Source: Octopus sinensis
Taxonomy: Eukaryota
Reading direction: 5' to 3'
DNA: 64,000 nucleotides
Assembly (NCBI RefSeq): GCF_006345805.1
Contig: NC_043001.1
Span: 3,782,001-3,846,000, forward strand
Part shown: positions 1 to 13,230 of the stretch, piece after piece
Layout: each line of letters starts with the position of its first letter
Numbering within the stretch: the first letter of the stretch is position 1
Notes under the pieces: model-generated
The model's database searches: none
The model's input: only the letters and a program-made list of their open reading frames with translations
Told to the model about the DNA's origin: nothing
Made by a program: the position numbers and the translations under genes

Positions 1-2490
1 CATGGATGACTTCTTCTTGTCCCAACTGGTACTCGAACCAACGAGATGTCACAAAAACGTCTTAGACTTAATTTTCAGCAATCACACTGATACTATCCAC
101 ATATTGGTCAGTGGAGAAAACCCTACTCTCCGACCATGACATGGTTCTCTGTGATCTGAGATTTCACTGGCCAAAATGCAAAACAAATGTCATCCCTCCT
201 GCTCATCCATTTGACACTATGGATTTCCACAATGCAAACTGGGAAGCGATCAATAATGATCTTGCACAAGTCGATTGGTCCTTCACGCACACATACACAC
301 CCACTAACATCAAAAAGTCCTGGCAGTCACTTGTAGACACCATCACGAACATATGTGCAAGACACACCCCATTAAGATCTGCAAACAAATCTAAGTGTCG
401 AATCCCTAGAAATAGAAAATCTCTCATAAGGAAAATTAAAAGAATCAACAAAAAGATCAACATGCTGACATACTGTCAACAGCAACACACCAACCTGACT
501 GCCATCTCGTCGCTAGAGATTAAAAAACATAAACTCCAAAACAACATGATGTCTATCATCAATAGTCAGCGAAGAGCTGAAGAGGCCTGGGCCATTGAGA
601 AGATCAAACTCAATCCCAAAGTGTTCTTTTCATTTGCAAAAAAACAGAGTCACTGGTTCTACTGTTGGCCCTCTGATTGATGAAAATGGTACTCTTCAAG
701 ACAATGCCAAAACCATGGAGAAATATTGCAGAAACAATATTGCTCTGTTTTCAGCAATCCTGATATGACTGATCTGGGCTGTATCAGTGATGTTACTCCC
801 CAATACACTTTATCGGACATAACATTTGGCGCTCCTGATGTCTTAGCAGCAATAAAGGAAATGAAGCATAATTCAGCAGTAGGTCCCGATAGGTTCCCTG
901 CTTGTGTCTTGAAGATGTGTCAAAACCAACTTGCACCCCCTCTAGCCAATCTGTGGCGGAACTCATGGATGCTGATATATACCAGAAGACCTTCTATCCC
1001 AGTCTGTTGTCCCAGTTTTCAAAAAAGGAAACAAATCGCTTGCCGTGAATTACCGTCCAATCTCACTCACCTCTCATATCATCAAGGTATTTGAGAGGGT
1101 GCTGAGATCGCGTATGACTCACTTCCTTGAGAGTCATAATATGCTGAACCCCAACCAGCATGGATTCCGTAATGGAGAGATTGCCTGACGCAGCTACTGC
1201 AATCATTTTGATGACATTTTGAGAGCCTTGGGAGAGGGTTCCAACACTGATGTCATCTACCTTGATTTCAGCAAGGCCTTTGACAGGGTTGATCATAAGA
1301 TCCTTCTGAGAAGCTGTCCAATATTGGTGTCACTGGAAAGCTGCTGCAATGGATCAAGTGCTTCCTCTCTAACAGAACCCAACATGTTGTAGTCGAGGAG
1401 TCAAATCCAGCCCAGCCAAAGTCAGCAGTGGTGTCCCACAAGGCACTGTGTTGGGCCCACTTCTCTTCATCATCTACATAAATGATATTACTGACACCAT
1501 CAAACACAGCAAATCAGAACCTTCGCTGATGATTCCAAGCTCCAGAGGTCATCAATGGCGTGGATGACCGAATAAACCTTCAGTCAGACCTACTGGCTGT
1601 TGTCCAATGGGCGGAAAAGAATAACATGTTGCTAAATGAAGACAAATTCGAACTGATCCACTTTGGAAGGGAGGACGCTCTGAAACTCCCATACTCTCTT
1701 CCTTCTGGAGAAATTCTCATGGCATCCAACAACATCAGAGACCTGGGAGTAACAGTGGACAACAACATAAGCTGGGCTACACATATAAGCAGCAAAGTTG
1801 ACATGGCCCGCAGAATGTGTTCCTGGATTCTCAGAACCTTCCAGTCGAGAGATTCCCACGCTATTATCCTTCTCTTCTCCACTTTTGCCCGACCCCACCT
1901 TGAATACTGCTGTCCACTGTGGTCTCCCTACACAAAACAAATATTATGAGAATTGAAGCTCCCCAAAGGTCAATCACAAAAAGATAGATGGCATGTCAGA
2001 CCTTGACTACTGGGGTAGACTAGAGAAGCTGAAATTGTATTCACTCCAACGACGCCGTGAACGCTACATTATCTGTATGATGTGGAAAAATTCCATCAGC
2101 ACTGTCCGAATGATGTTGGCATCACCTTCAAAATGCATCCAAGGCTTGGACCACGTGCCATCCGTCCACAACAAAAATCTAAATCGCATCACATAACGAC
2201 AATACGGCACAACTATTTCACCTCATTGGACCCGCTCTCTTCAACATTACACCAGGACACGTCAAAAAAGAAACTGACCACACAAATTCAAGAAGTCTTT
2301 GGACAATTCCTTCAAACAGTACCCGGACAAACCACCCACACCCGGATATGTCTCCGGAAACAATAACTCTCTGCTCGAATGGGCCTTGGTGCCCAAATCC
2401 TGAACTGATAGACTTCGCCAGGTGGTGCTATTAAGTTAGACATGGCCTGGGCCAATACTGGCCAAAAACCTTTCTAAGTTATTCTAAGTT
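1..2490 (+). mobile_element. CR1/L2-group LINE, 3' two-thirds of ORF2 (end of APE, RT, C-terminus) plus 3' UTR; frameshifted and inactive; 5' part lies outside the window
   Basis: Translated motifs across frames: LDLIFSN and SDHDMV (APE end), [91 protein letters not shown]. Ends in the short tandem tail TTCTAAGTTA-TTCTAAGTT before (TA)n. Confidence 0.9.
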
Positions 2491-3798
2491 ATATATATAT
2501 ATATTATATATATAAGCATTCGTTTATAACAAACATACATGTATATAGAGACATAGATATATATGGTATACAAGTATGCTACGTTTTAAAATAATTACTG
2601 TTGACCCCTGCGTCGTCAATATGGTCTTTTGAAACAATGTGCGTTAAGTGGAAATTATCGTTTTATACTTTGATAATTGTTATAAGAAGTTAGTAAGTTA
2701 ATGAGATAATGAGCATGGAAGAAAGTTTGATTGTGATGGAGTAAAGTAATAAGAAAGCAGAGAGAATTACCAATATACCTTTTGCACTTAGCCGCCTCGG
2801 CGCCAGCTTTTAGGAAGTAAACGAAAATATCACTGAAGCAAACAATAGTGAATTTATTACTCCTGAGATTAATATTATCTTTTGAAAATATTTGCGGTAT
2901 TTTCTCATTATTCTAAAGCAGTATCACATGTGAAATTAAGCAATGATCTCTTCTTTGTTATAATGAGATGAAAGCACTGAATTAAATGTCACTCATATAT
3001 TTTACATAGAACGAGGCATGTAACAAGATGACATGTTGCTGGTACTAAGAATCGTAAATTAACTGATCGATTCCAGAAAAAATCCTTTCATTACTTAACT
3101 CATTTAAAGATTAATATCACTATCGAAAAAAGAATTGCTACATGACTTTATTCCGTTATTTACCCTAAGGTGTATCCCGTGGTACCATCAAGCCATGCAT
3201 GAATATTGATGAGAGGTTTTATCTTTATATATTAAAACAATGGAACCATTCCAATGCCAACTATTGAAAAATATACTTTGCCAAATATGTCTGGTATTTT
3301 GGAAAGAAAAACAGATATGCCCGCGCGCAAGTTTCACAGTTATTGTGTGTGTGCGTGTGTGTAATAGTCATTCCTAACGTTTAAATTCGCCCTCTTGCTG
3401 AACACAAAATTCCATTCTCATCTTCTTACTCTGTACATAGTTTTAAATAGAGCAAATAACATCTACCATTTAGTCATCTTTTTGAACGTTTGCTACACCT
3501 CATAAACCTACCTACAATTTTTGCCTCCTTGAAAATCTATAAACATTTTTCTTTTGTTCACTTTTATGCGACACAAATATGGAACACAAAATATGGAACA
3601 ACGCTGACAAACCAGAAAAAGAAACTTGCCATCATCCCTTCCACTGCATCTAGACTCAACCGACATATACATAATTTTTTCTGGATCCTCTTCATCCCCA
3701 CTTTTCCCATATCACTTCTTTTGTCCTCCTAAACAACTTCTGGCTTTTTATTTGTAAATATTTATAAAAATATATGTAAATATTTATAAATATAAATA

Positions 3799-3834
3799 TA
3801 TAATAATAATAATGATAATAATAATAATAATGAC

Positions 3835-3883
<49 letters not shown>

Positions 3884-3896
3884 GTACATAATAATA

Positions 3897-3938
<42 letters not shown>
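3799..3938. repeat. (AAT)n microsatellite
   Basis: Near-perfect AAT array read directly. Confidence 0.95.
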
Positions 3939-4535
<597 letters not shown>

Positions 4536-4900
4536 GAATAAAAATAAATATGACAGATTAAAACTTAATTCTTTAAAATAAATTTTTTAAAGCATCTTAT
4601 GATCGTTTCGGAAAAATTATTGTCTGTATAATGGAGTCCTATATTGATAAGCATTTATAGACAATATTTCGGCTCCTCAGAGATATAAAATGTGAATTTT
4701 TAATAATTTATCGAATGGTAGATTTTATTGAAATATGAAGTAATATGGGAAATTTGTGCTTGTTTAAAATATAAAAAGTAAGTCTCTTTTGATTTTGGTG
4801 AGCAATCACTGAAAATTCAGCATATAAGATTCTTATAGAATATATCTAACTAAACATTTATACATACCTATATAATATAAATATAAATATATATATATAT

Positions 4901-4932
<32 letters not shown>

Positions 4933-4992
4933 TATATATATAGATATATATATATATATATATATATTTATAGTATGTAATATATATACATA

Positions 4993-5030
<38 letters not shown>

Positions 5031-5497
5031 GTATACACGCACACATTTATATATACACATATTTACTTGTGTGTGTGAGTGTGTAAACATATAAAGGGCA
5101 AGACGAATAGTTTTAAATCTCTAAGCGAGAAATATGTAGTAACATGCTATGTAGTGAAGTCTATCTGCCAACGTGAAGTTGCGGTCCTGCTTTGGACGAT
5201 GTTACTACTGTTTAGCCCAGGAAAACATCTTTTCCAACTGGATACAGACACATTTTCTGTGTTCGTATACTGTGAGCAAAATGCTAAAGTTGGAGGGAAC
5301 GTTAGCTCCCTTGATCACCGTATACGGATACGGATGGTCAGTCGGTAACCAGTTGGAAAAGGTGTTTTCTTGGGGCTAAACCGTAGTAACATTGTCCAAA
5401 TAAAGACTGCTCCTTTACATTGGCAAATATATTTTTACTATATATCTACAGACGCACACACATAAGTATGTATTATATATATATATATATATGTATG

Positions 5498-5528
<31 letters not shown>

Positions 5529-5580
5529 TATATGTATATATAAGAGTATATATATGTATATATATATACATATTTATATA

Positions 5581-5646
<66 letters not shown>

Positions 5647-5654
5647 CTGTATAT

Positions 5655-5866
5655 GTAATATGTGACAATTATTCGGTAGCCATGATATGACTTTGAGTTT
5701 CGGCTGTCGGGGTCGAAATCCATGCTGCCATCTCTTCAGTTATCCGAAAAAAAGAAAAGTTTTTTCCCGATGGCTGGATAACTGAAGAGATGGCGGCGTT
5801 GATTTCCACCCCGACTGCCGAAACTCAAAGTTGTATCATGGCTACCGAATAATTGTCACATATTAC
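5655..5866. repeat. Long inverted repeat (about 90 bp arms) beside (TA)n; each arm carries an HHR-like motif
   Basis: GTAATATGTGACAATTATTCGGTAGCCATGATA... is mirrored by ...TATCATGGCTACCGAATAATTGTCACATATTAC. Confidence 0.9.
5777..5837 (+). ncRNA. Atypical hammerhead-ribozyme-like motif (right arm of the palindrome; mirrored on the minus strand)
   Basis: GATAA-CTGAAGA-(GAT)-GGCGG...CTGCC-GAAA-CT-CAA-AGT-T-GTATC. Core boxes and stems II and III are present, but there is a 3-nt insert after A9 and a mismatch at the base of stem I. Confidence 0.4.
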
Positions 5867-6314
5867 TTTTATAGATAAATTCCTCTATATACATAATATC
5901 GAGGTCTCTTTCATTCTTCTGTTGTCTTACCATTTCTATTAATATATATATATATATATATATCTGTCTATATATAAAGTTTATTTAGCACTTTCATATG
6001 TTTGGTAGTAATCATAAGATTTCAAATGTATTTAACTGACAGCTGAGATCTTGACAACTGTAGTACCTCTTAGAAAGTTCCAGCAGCTGAATTTATGGAA
6101 TACGACTTTGATCCATCCACTTGCAGCTTAAACTCCATGGTTTGCCGGGCGTACCAATACTCTGTAATTTGTTTATTTTCGTATGCTAAAGAATTTTTTT
6201 AATGATCATCATTAACTGATTGTTATATGATTGTTATTTGCGTTCAGATCAGGTTTCAACATTTTAATTAACCTTTTACTCTTTTAACTTTCTTCCAGCC
6301 TCACATTTTATCTT

Positions 6315-6530
6315 GCTTCAGTCATTAGACTGCGTCCATGCTGGTGCACAACCTAAATAATTTCAGTCGAACGGTTTCACCCCAGCATTTACTACTTACT
6401 ATTTAATTCAGGTACTTAGTTCATTGATTATTTTGTCGAACCGCCTGGTCATGGGGACGTAAACACACCGACACAGGTCGTCACGTGGTGATTTGGGACA
6501 AACACGGACAGAAAACACACACGCACATAG
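6315..6530 (-). mobile_element. SINE 3' portion (cephalopod-type family)
   Basis: Reverse complement matches the SINE body and tail seen at 9540-9775 and 32020-32248 (GTCCCC, CCAGCATGG-CGCAGTCTAATGACTGAA). Confidence 0.7.
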
Positions 6531-6989
6531 ATACATACATATATACAGTCCCAATGCACGGCACCTTTGCTAAGTGTCTTTCACTATAGTCTCGGGGCGA
6601 CCAAATTCCAAAATGATACAAAAATAGAATTTTCGAAAAAATAGATTCCAAAATTTATAAGCGCAATAAATTCCAAAATTTAAAAAATCGTCTGAAACTT
6701 AGTATTATAAAATATTGTACAAAATATGATTCTTTTCTCTTCCAACATTATAACCGGGTTCGTTATCGCTTTTCAAATTTTGAGCTTTGGATGAAATTCT
6801 GGTTTACACATTTTGTTTGCTAGAGGGGGATAATTGCTAACCGAGGTATTATACAGTATAGGGGAGGTAAATCTGAAATTTTCATACTGGTCTACATTCA
6901 ATCTTTACAATAGTTGGGGTAAATCCTTAAAATTTCGCTATGGACTTCTGTTTAATCCAGGCACATATTTTCGATAAATGAGGCCTCTT

Positions 6990-7650
6990 TTGTTGGTCGT
7001 ACTTGTGTTCAGATCCAAATAACAAATTGATTGTGGTTGTAGTTGTTCTGCACATCTGTTCACCGAGATATATCTGGCTTTATTGTAGGGATGATATCTC
7101 TTGTCTGTGGACTGAAGCATCTTTGTCTGATCGACCTTCACTCCTCGATCTGCCATCCAAGGTGGAAACACTTTACCTGTTCTCGTCAGGAAAGACTATC
7201 GGCCTCCATTGCTGATGACTCTAATGTTGATTTTGCGTAGCCCACTGTTGTCGTGACTGACGGAGACGGTCGGTCGGCACAGGCCCTCGAGCAGGATGAC
7301 GGCAACGCAGGTTCTTGGGGGGTCAGTCGACGTCGTACCGTGTCGTCGCTGATGAGTCGTTGTCCAGTGCCAATGGTCTCGCGAGCTGTCACGTGGTCGG
7401 TCTGAAGTGATCACGGAGGTGTTGCAGGTGGATGAAGCAGTCCAGCCTACGCGTGGTCAACCGTGGGTGCTCTCTGCAAAAGCAGTCTACAGTGTTGTTT
7501 GTGTTCTTGTATCGTTGTTGCAGGCGATAGATGGTGATGACATGGACGTAAGCTTTCGCTACAGTGAATGCCACAGTGCTCTGCTTGCAATCGGCCGATA
7601 ACTTGTTCTCTCTGTACTGCTGACAATCCGGGCATACCTGATGCGTCCAA
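6990..7650 (-). mobile_element. Tc1-like transposase remnant (frameshifted)
   Basis: MPGLSAVQREQVIGRLQA, HVITIYRLQQRY, HLRDHFRPT/TARETIGTGQRLISDDTVRRRL (paired-type HTH region), then IVFPDENR at the first catalytic Asp. Confidence 0.75.
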
Positions 7651-8171
7651 CTTACAAATGCCAGGAACGCTACTGAAGTTGATTTTTATATCCATAAACT
7701 CCTGGAGTTGCACGTATATTTCAATTTTCAACACAATTGTTTGCGACTGTCCCCAACTGCATTCAACATAGCATTTTGGCCTCTAGTTTCAGGGAAAAAT
7801 GAAAGGTTACCTGCAATTTGTTTCTCAGCCATAAACTAGGATGTCTTCGAATATTTACACGTGCATTCCCGAAATAACTTTTAAGAATTTACCATATAAA
7901 CATTTGAAAACACCGCATTTCTGTTGCGGTTCAGTGTATATATATGTGTGTTTGTATGTGTGTGCATTAACGTATTGGGATTTAAAGGTGAACCCAATTG
8001 GAAGCAAATATAAAGATAATTATGAAAGATTACTAAACAGCGATTAGGCAATACCATATTTGTCACCTGTGCTATCTTTCTCAGTAACTACATAATTTTC
8101 TCTACCATTTTCGGAAGCAGCCAGAAACACATTCAGATGGCATTTTGCATTTTTCCATGTATATATAGACG

Positions 8172-8325
8172 CGCAGGCGTGGCTATGTCATAAGTAGCTT
8201 GCTTGCTAAACACATAGTTCCGGGTTCAGTTCCACCGCTTACTCCGCGCAACAACTTTAGCTTGAGTCATCTGCTATGACCTCGGGTGGATTAATGCAAT
8301 TTGAGTGGATTTGGTAGATGGAAAC
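8172..8325 (+). mobile_element. tRNA-derived SINE 5' portion
   Basis: GCGTGGCTATGTC..AAGTAGCTTGCTT...GTTCCGGGTTCAGTTCC (A/B-box-like), then GAGTGGATTTGGTAGATGGAAAC; same family as 47420-47590. Confidence 0.75.
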
Positions 8326-8330
8326 TTACG

Positions 8331-8366
<36 letters not shown>

Positions 8367-8498
8367 ATATGCTTATATATATATATATATGTGTGTGTGT
8401 CTGTGTGTCTGTGTGTGCTTGTGTGTGTTGTAACTGCTAAATACATTAGGTTTTTTACTCTCTCTCTTTATTGTCTCTCTATTTATTTCATCGTGTTC

Positions 8499-8534
8499 CT
8501 TTCTGTTGAAGAGCGTAGGCCCGAAACATGAAAG
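8499..8534 (+). ncRNA. Degenerate minimal HHR-like motif in a ~190 bp module between microsatellites
   Basis: CTTT-CTGTTGA-A-GAGC-GTAG-GCCC-GAAACATG-AAAG; same family as the motifs at 24963, 30910 and 34348. Confidence 0.5.
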
Positions 8535-8669
8535 ACGTTCACGACCGTCAAACTAGTACACCTGCTTGTTGTTTATACAACCAGTCCTTGTCTTTTGTTT
8601 TCTTCAAATTTCAAATGTGTATATTTTATATTACATACTACATCATATATCATATATCTATATATATAT

Positions 8670-8707
<38 letters not shown>

Positions 8708-8899
8708 TGTTTGGTTAATAACTATCCGCACTCTGGCTATAGTAACAAAGCTGAAGTATGAAGAGTAAAAGCTAGGCACAGATTGACTTTGAACTCTACT
8801 GTCTATACTCATTAAACTTTGACATTCTTGCTTAATTAGATTGTTTACAACAATACTCGGAAGGAAGGAGTGTAGCATGCGATCTAGGCGTTGACCATG

Positions 8900-9440
8900 A
8901 CAGAGAAAGTTGAGTAGATCAGCTGTATCTAATTTTGCCGAAAGCTTGTCGATACCTGGTCAGAAGTCCACGCAAAGTTTTCTAAATTTTTCAATGTTAC
9001 CGACACAATCAAAGAGATCAAGGGAAACCAAAACCTGAGTGTCTTTTTAGCCAACTGAAAGCCGTTTTGGTACAAACTGGGCAGACACGCGTCTCATACG
9101 CAAATCTTCAGTGATAATGGATTGAACTGAACCGTAACTAATCTGCACATCCTCTGATAACTCACGGATGGTTATTCGGCAATTTCCTCGCAGAACTACA
9201 CGCAGATGTGCAACGTTTTTCCTCAGTTTTGCTGGTTGTGAGTCTCCTAGAACGTTCATCAATATAGACAATTTTTCCGTCATCTTGAAAACGTCTGCAC
9301 CCCACGTGCACTTGTGTGCGGCTCGTACACTCTTCTCTATACACTTTCTGAAACTTTGCGATGTCCTTAAGAATCTTAAGACTTGGTGCTCATGCACAGC
9401 AAAGTTTACGGTCAATCTGTGTCTAGCCTTGTTCTCAGTG
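8900..9440 (-). mobile_element. Mariner transposase remnant (N-terminal HTH region)
   Basis: DERSRRLTTSKTEE/NVAHLRVVLRGNCRITIRELSEDVQISYGSVQSIITEDLRMRRVSAQFVPKRLS (WVPxxL-equivalent motif). Confidence 0.8.
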
Positions 9441-9539
9441 CTTTAGCTTCGTTACTATGACAACAGTCCAGATACTTATTGATCAGACCTCGTATATATG
9501 TGTGTGTGTGTCTTTATTTGTATGTGTGTGCTTCTGTGT

Positions 9540-9775
9540 GTGTGTATGTATGTGTGTGTATGTGACTGTGTTTGTGTTTGTCCCCCACCACCGCTTCACA
9601 ATCGGTGTTGGTGTGTTGTGGTCCTTGGAACTCAACCATTCGGCAAAGAAGTCCGTCAGAATAAATAGCAGGATTGAAAAACAACTTTGGAGTCGATACA
9701 TTCGACACAAAATTCTCCACGGCGCTGCTCCAGCATAGGGCAGGCTGAAGAATAAAACAAGTGAAAGATAGAAGC
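9540..9775 (+). mobile_element. SINE 3' portion
   Basis: GTGTTTGTCCCCCACCACCGCTT..CGGTGTTGGTGTG...GAGTCGATACATTCGAC...CCAGCAT tail shared with other copies in the window. Confidence 0.7.
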
Positions 9776-9825
9776 GATAAATAAAAAAACATGCACACAC
9801 ACACACACACACAACACACACACGG

Positions 9826-10033
9826 TACTACTTGAGAACAGTGGTCCCAGTGCGCGCACTCGCGTAATCGCGCATCCACGCTAGCTAGTCATAACTAGTC
9901 AATCTTTACTTTGTGTTTTTGTGTTTTATTTACTTTGCTAAGTAGTCGTTGTAGGATCGAATAGTCACGACTAGCTAGTGCGGATGCGCGACTACGCGAG
10001 TGCGCGCACCGGGACAACTGTTCTCAAGTAGTA
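9826..10033. mobile_element. MITE-like element with about 70 bp terminal inverted repeats, inserted in a (CA)n tract
   Basis: TACTACTTGAGAACAGTGGTCCCAGTGCGCGCACTCGCG... versus ...CGCGAGTGCGCGCACCGGGACAACTGTTCTCAAGTAGTA; non-coding centre. Confidence 0.8.
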
Positions 10034-10998
10034 GCCACACACACGAATCAATAAAAGTTCTTTTTTTTTCATATAATCTGCAAGAAATGTTAATCAAATT
10101 TCCCTTAAGGTCTTAATCTGCCCTGGTTTGCTTCTGTAAATTAGCGGGAGATATGAGAGAATGTATACCCAGATGAGATGTCTGTAAAATAAACGCAAGT
10201 TATGGTCGTACTAGAAAGGATTTTGCCAAAAGTTATGTTACTTTGTTGAGCCAGGCATTAAATCAACAACTCCAACACCTCACGGCATTAGCACAAGGAC
10301 AGTACAATTAAACAAAATATAGAAATTAGTTCGCTTTTGCATGTGGTTTGTAAAAAGCTTCGATAAACAAAGCCGAAAATGACATACTGTTAAACCGAAT
10401 TAAACAAGCATTCGATTAGTTCGTTGGATATTTAACCAAACGACTAATAATAAAGGAGTGGATTTTAACCAATGCGTGTGTTAATAATATTGGCATGATG
10501 ACTCTCCCTAGAAAATAGTTCCGAAACATGAAATTAAAATGATTGTAATTTTGGATCTACATTGTAAAACGAAACTGCCTCATGAGCGCGGATATTGTTG
10601 TAGCATGTGTCATAAGAAGATTTTCTATAATACTGAAATCAATGATTTCTGGTATGAGTTTTATTCAGTATATTACAGTGAATGACATGCGGGCATTAAC
10701 TTGGTAGATCTAAAATAAGAAAGTCGTTGTATGACTAATCTAACGCCATGTCATGACATTTGCTCCTCTGAACTTGGTAATCTTACTTCTTGGTAAAGTT
10801 GCCTCTGCGCGTTCCGCCATCCCCTTCTGCAGCATCCCCATCATATCAGCTCCACAACATACTACAATTAAACGCAAACATATACATACACACCTATCCA
10901 CATACACTCATACACACTACATGATACACTCACAAACACTCACGTATTTATGTTGTGTGTATGTATGTATATGTATATATGCACATATTTACGCGTCA

Positions 10999-11237
10999 TG
11001 TGGAGGTGCAATGGCCCAGTGGTTAGGGCAGCGGACTCGCTGTCATAGGATCGCGGTTTCGATTCCCAGACCGGGCGTTGTGAGTGTTTATTGAGCGAAA
11101 ACACCTAAAGCTTCACGAGGCTCCGCCAGGGGATGGTGGTGATCCCTGCTGTACTCCTTCACCACAACTTTCTCTCACTCTTACTTCCTGTTTCTGTTGT
11201 ACCTGTATTTCAAAGGGCCGGCCTTGTCACTCTCTGT
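10999..11237 (+). mobile_element. tRNA-derived SINE (5' head plus body)
   Basis: A box TGGCCCAGTGGTTAGG and B box GGTTTCGATTCCC, followed by non-tRNA body. Confidence 0.85.
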
Positions 11238-11701
11238 AGTTTTCAAACTGTTTCAAATAGTTGAAACACTCCTGTCACAACCTGGGACCTTGAAGACTGC
11301 TTTAATGCAAGAAAGTATACTAGTCCCTTAATATTTGCTATTCAATATTTCATTTATTCAATAAGACAATCGATACTTCATTTCATTTTACTATATATAT
11401 ATTATTTATACTATTATTCTATATTCTACACTAATATTATAAAGAATATAAATAAAATATAAAAAGCAGAGTTAGAATTCCTTGAATAATTATATATCCC
11501 CCGATACACAATCACAAATCCCTTTATATATACATATATATTATATAATATATATATATATATATATATAATATATATATATATTATATATATATCTATA
11601 TATGTAAAAGCAAAAAAATATACAAACTGGGACAAGAACGTGAAACATTTAGAAGACGACCCAAAGAACACGGACGGGACATTCGAAGCCCTCAATCATC
11701 A

Positions 11702-11748
<47 letters not shown>

Positions 11749-11752
11749 GTGT

Positions 11753-11783
<31 letters not shown>

Positions 11784-12030
11784 ATAAATATTAATTTATA
11801 TATTCGTATTTATGTGTATATACATGTGTATGCGTATATTATAATAGTATATGCCATTTATGCATACATACAGTGTTAGAGATGAAATGTCGCTATGCTA
11901 ACTGCTCTGCCTGCTCCTCACCTTGATAATGATGATGATGAGGATGATGATGATGACGACAATGAGGCGGAGGAGGAGAACAAAAGGAAGGACGACTTTA
12001 ACAATGGCAACAAGAACGTTAATGATTTCA

Positions 12031-12245
12031 AATTTTGGTACAAGGCCAGCAATTTTTTTTGGGGGGGTTGTCGATTACCTCGACCCCAGTGTTTCACTGG
12101 TACTGAATTTATCGACCCGAATTGAGGAAAGGCAAATATCCTTTCGGAGTGAATAAATTGAGTACCAGTTGCCTACTGGGGTCAATCTAATCGACTGATC
12201 CCCTACTCCCAAATTTCAGGCCTTGTGCCTTGAGTAGAAAAGAAT
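12031..12245. repeat. Two SINE 3' halves in inverted (head-to-head) arrangement
   Basis: Left arm ACAAGGCC..TCGACCCCAGT..CTGGTACT..TTTATCGACCC; right arm ATAAATTGAGTACCAGT..CTGGGGTCAATC..CAGGCCTTGTGCC. Confidence 0.7.
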
Positions 12246-13230
12246 GCATGTTGCCCTCCACTTTAAGGTGAACATACATAGACCGTACATGAAGATCAGT
12301 GAGGATAGACGTGGCCTGATTAGTGTACGCGTGTGCATCAACAGTGAAAGAAGGAACTTGACAGAGCATTTGTCAAATATGCTAATGCAGAAGGATTCAT
12401 CAACAATGAACTGGAAAAAGCTAATGAATTCCTATCACGAATGGCCAACGAGAGAGAAGAAACACAATTCAGCATGGAATTACGTGGTTAGTTCCACTGC
12501 GAACTAACCATGGAATTCTATACGGCTAAGCAAATGTGACCTGAAAAAGAACATGGAAACTTGATCATCAATGCCCAGGTGAGGGTTTTGAATACCAAAT
12601 CAGTAGATAGAGCTATATACCACGTAAGTGCAACAAAACGTCTGCAGAATGTGTAAGCGTGACTCATATTGTTATAGTGCTTGTTAACGTATTGCACAGA
12701 AAGTGCACAAGTGCAAAAGCGACAAGGTTGTCCGAAAGTTTCACTGCTTATTATGCTGGATGATTGGTTATGAGGTAACAGAGATTTTGGTTTCAACTTA
12801 CACGAGGAAATGTAATGGACGGAAACGGGATAGCAAAGATACTCTGAGAGAGTTTAGCTTCCAGATAGAGCAAGGAATGCCAGCTATAGTAGCCTTTCGG
12901 TTGGATAAGCAAAAGAGTGCATAGTAATTGACTAGGTAGTGCCAGGAGACCACCATATTCAGTTCAATGAAAGAGAAAAGGTTGACAAATATGGAGACCT
13001 GGATACTGAGATTACCAAGATGTGGCATATGTAAGAGGCAGATATTTTGTTTTGTTCCTGTTGTCATCGCAGCATTCCATTCATAACAGCTAACCTGAAG
13101 AAACATCTGGACAGTTTAGAAATACCCGGTAACCTTGGTGTATTTTGAAAATTGGCTTTACTTTGAATTGCACGCATGCTGTGTAAAGTAATGTCTTTCT
13201 AAGGACTATGTTGTGATACATGGTCAATAC
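12245..13230 (+). mobile_element. Old, degenerate R4/Dong-like LINE 3' region (post-RT, CCHC finger, RLE)
   Basis: HFKVNIHRPYMKISEDRRGLISVRVCI, CRMCK...IAQKVHKCKSDKVVRKFHCLLC, YGDLDTEITKMWH...VPVVIAA. Confidence 0.65.

Noticed and set aside
10999-11075. tRNA-like A and B boxes here and at 20139 and 60666
   Set aside because: No complete cloverleaf, and each continues into a SINE body; these are SINE heads, not tRNA genes
11610-11703. Minus-strand CTGATGA...CTTCGAATGTC in a (TA)n-flanked module
   Set aside because: GAAA box is broken and stem I does not pair; possibly a decayed HHR module but not supportable
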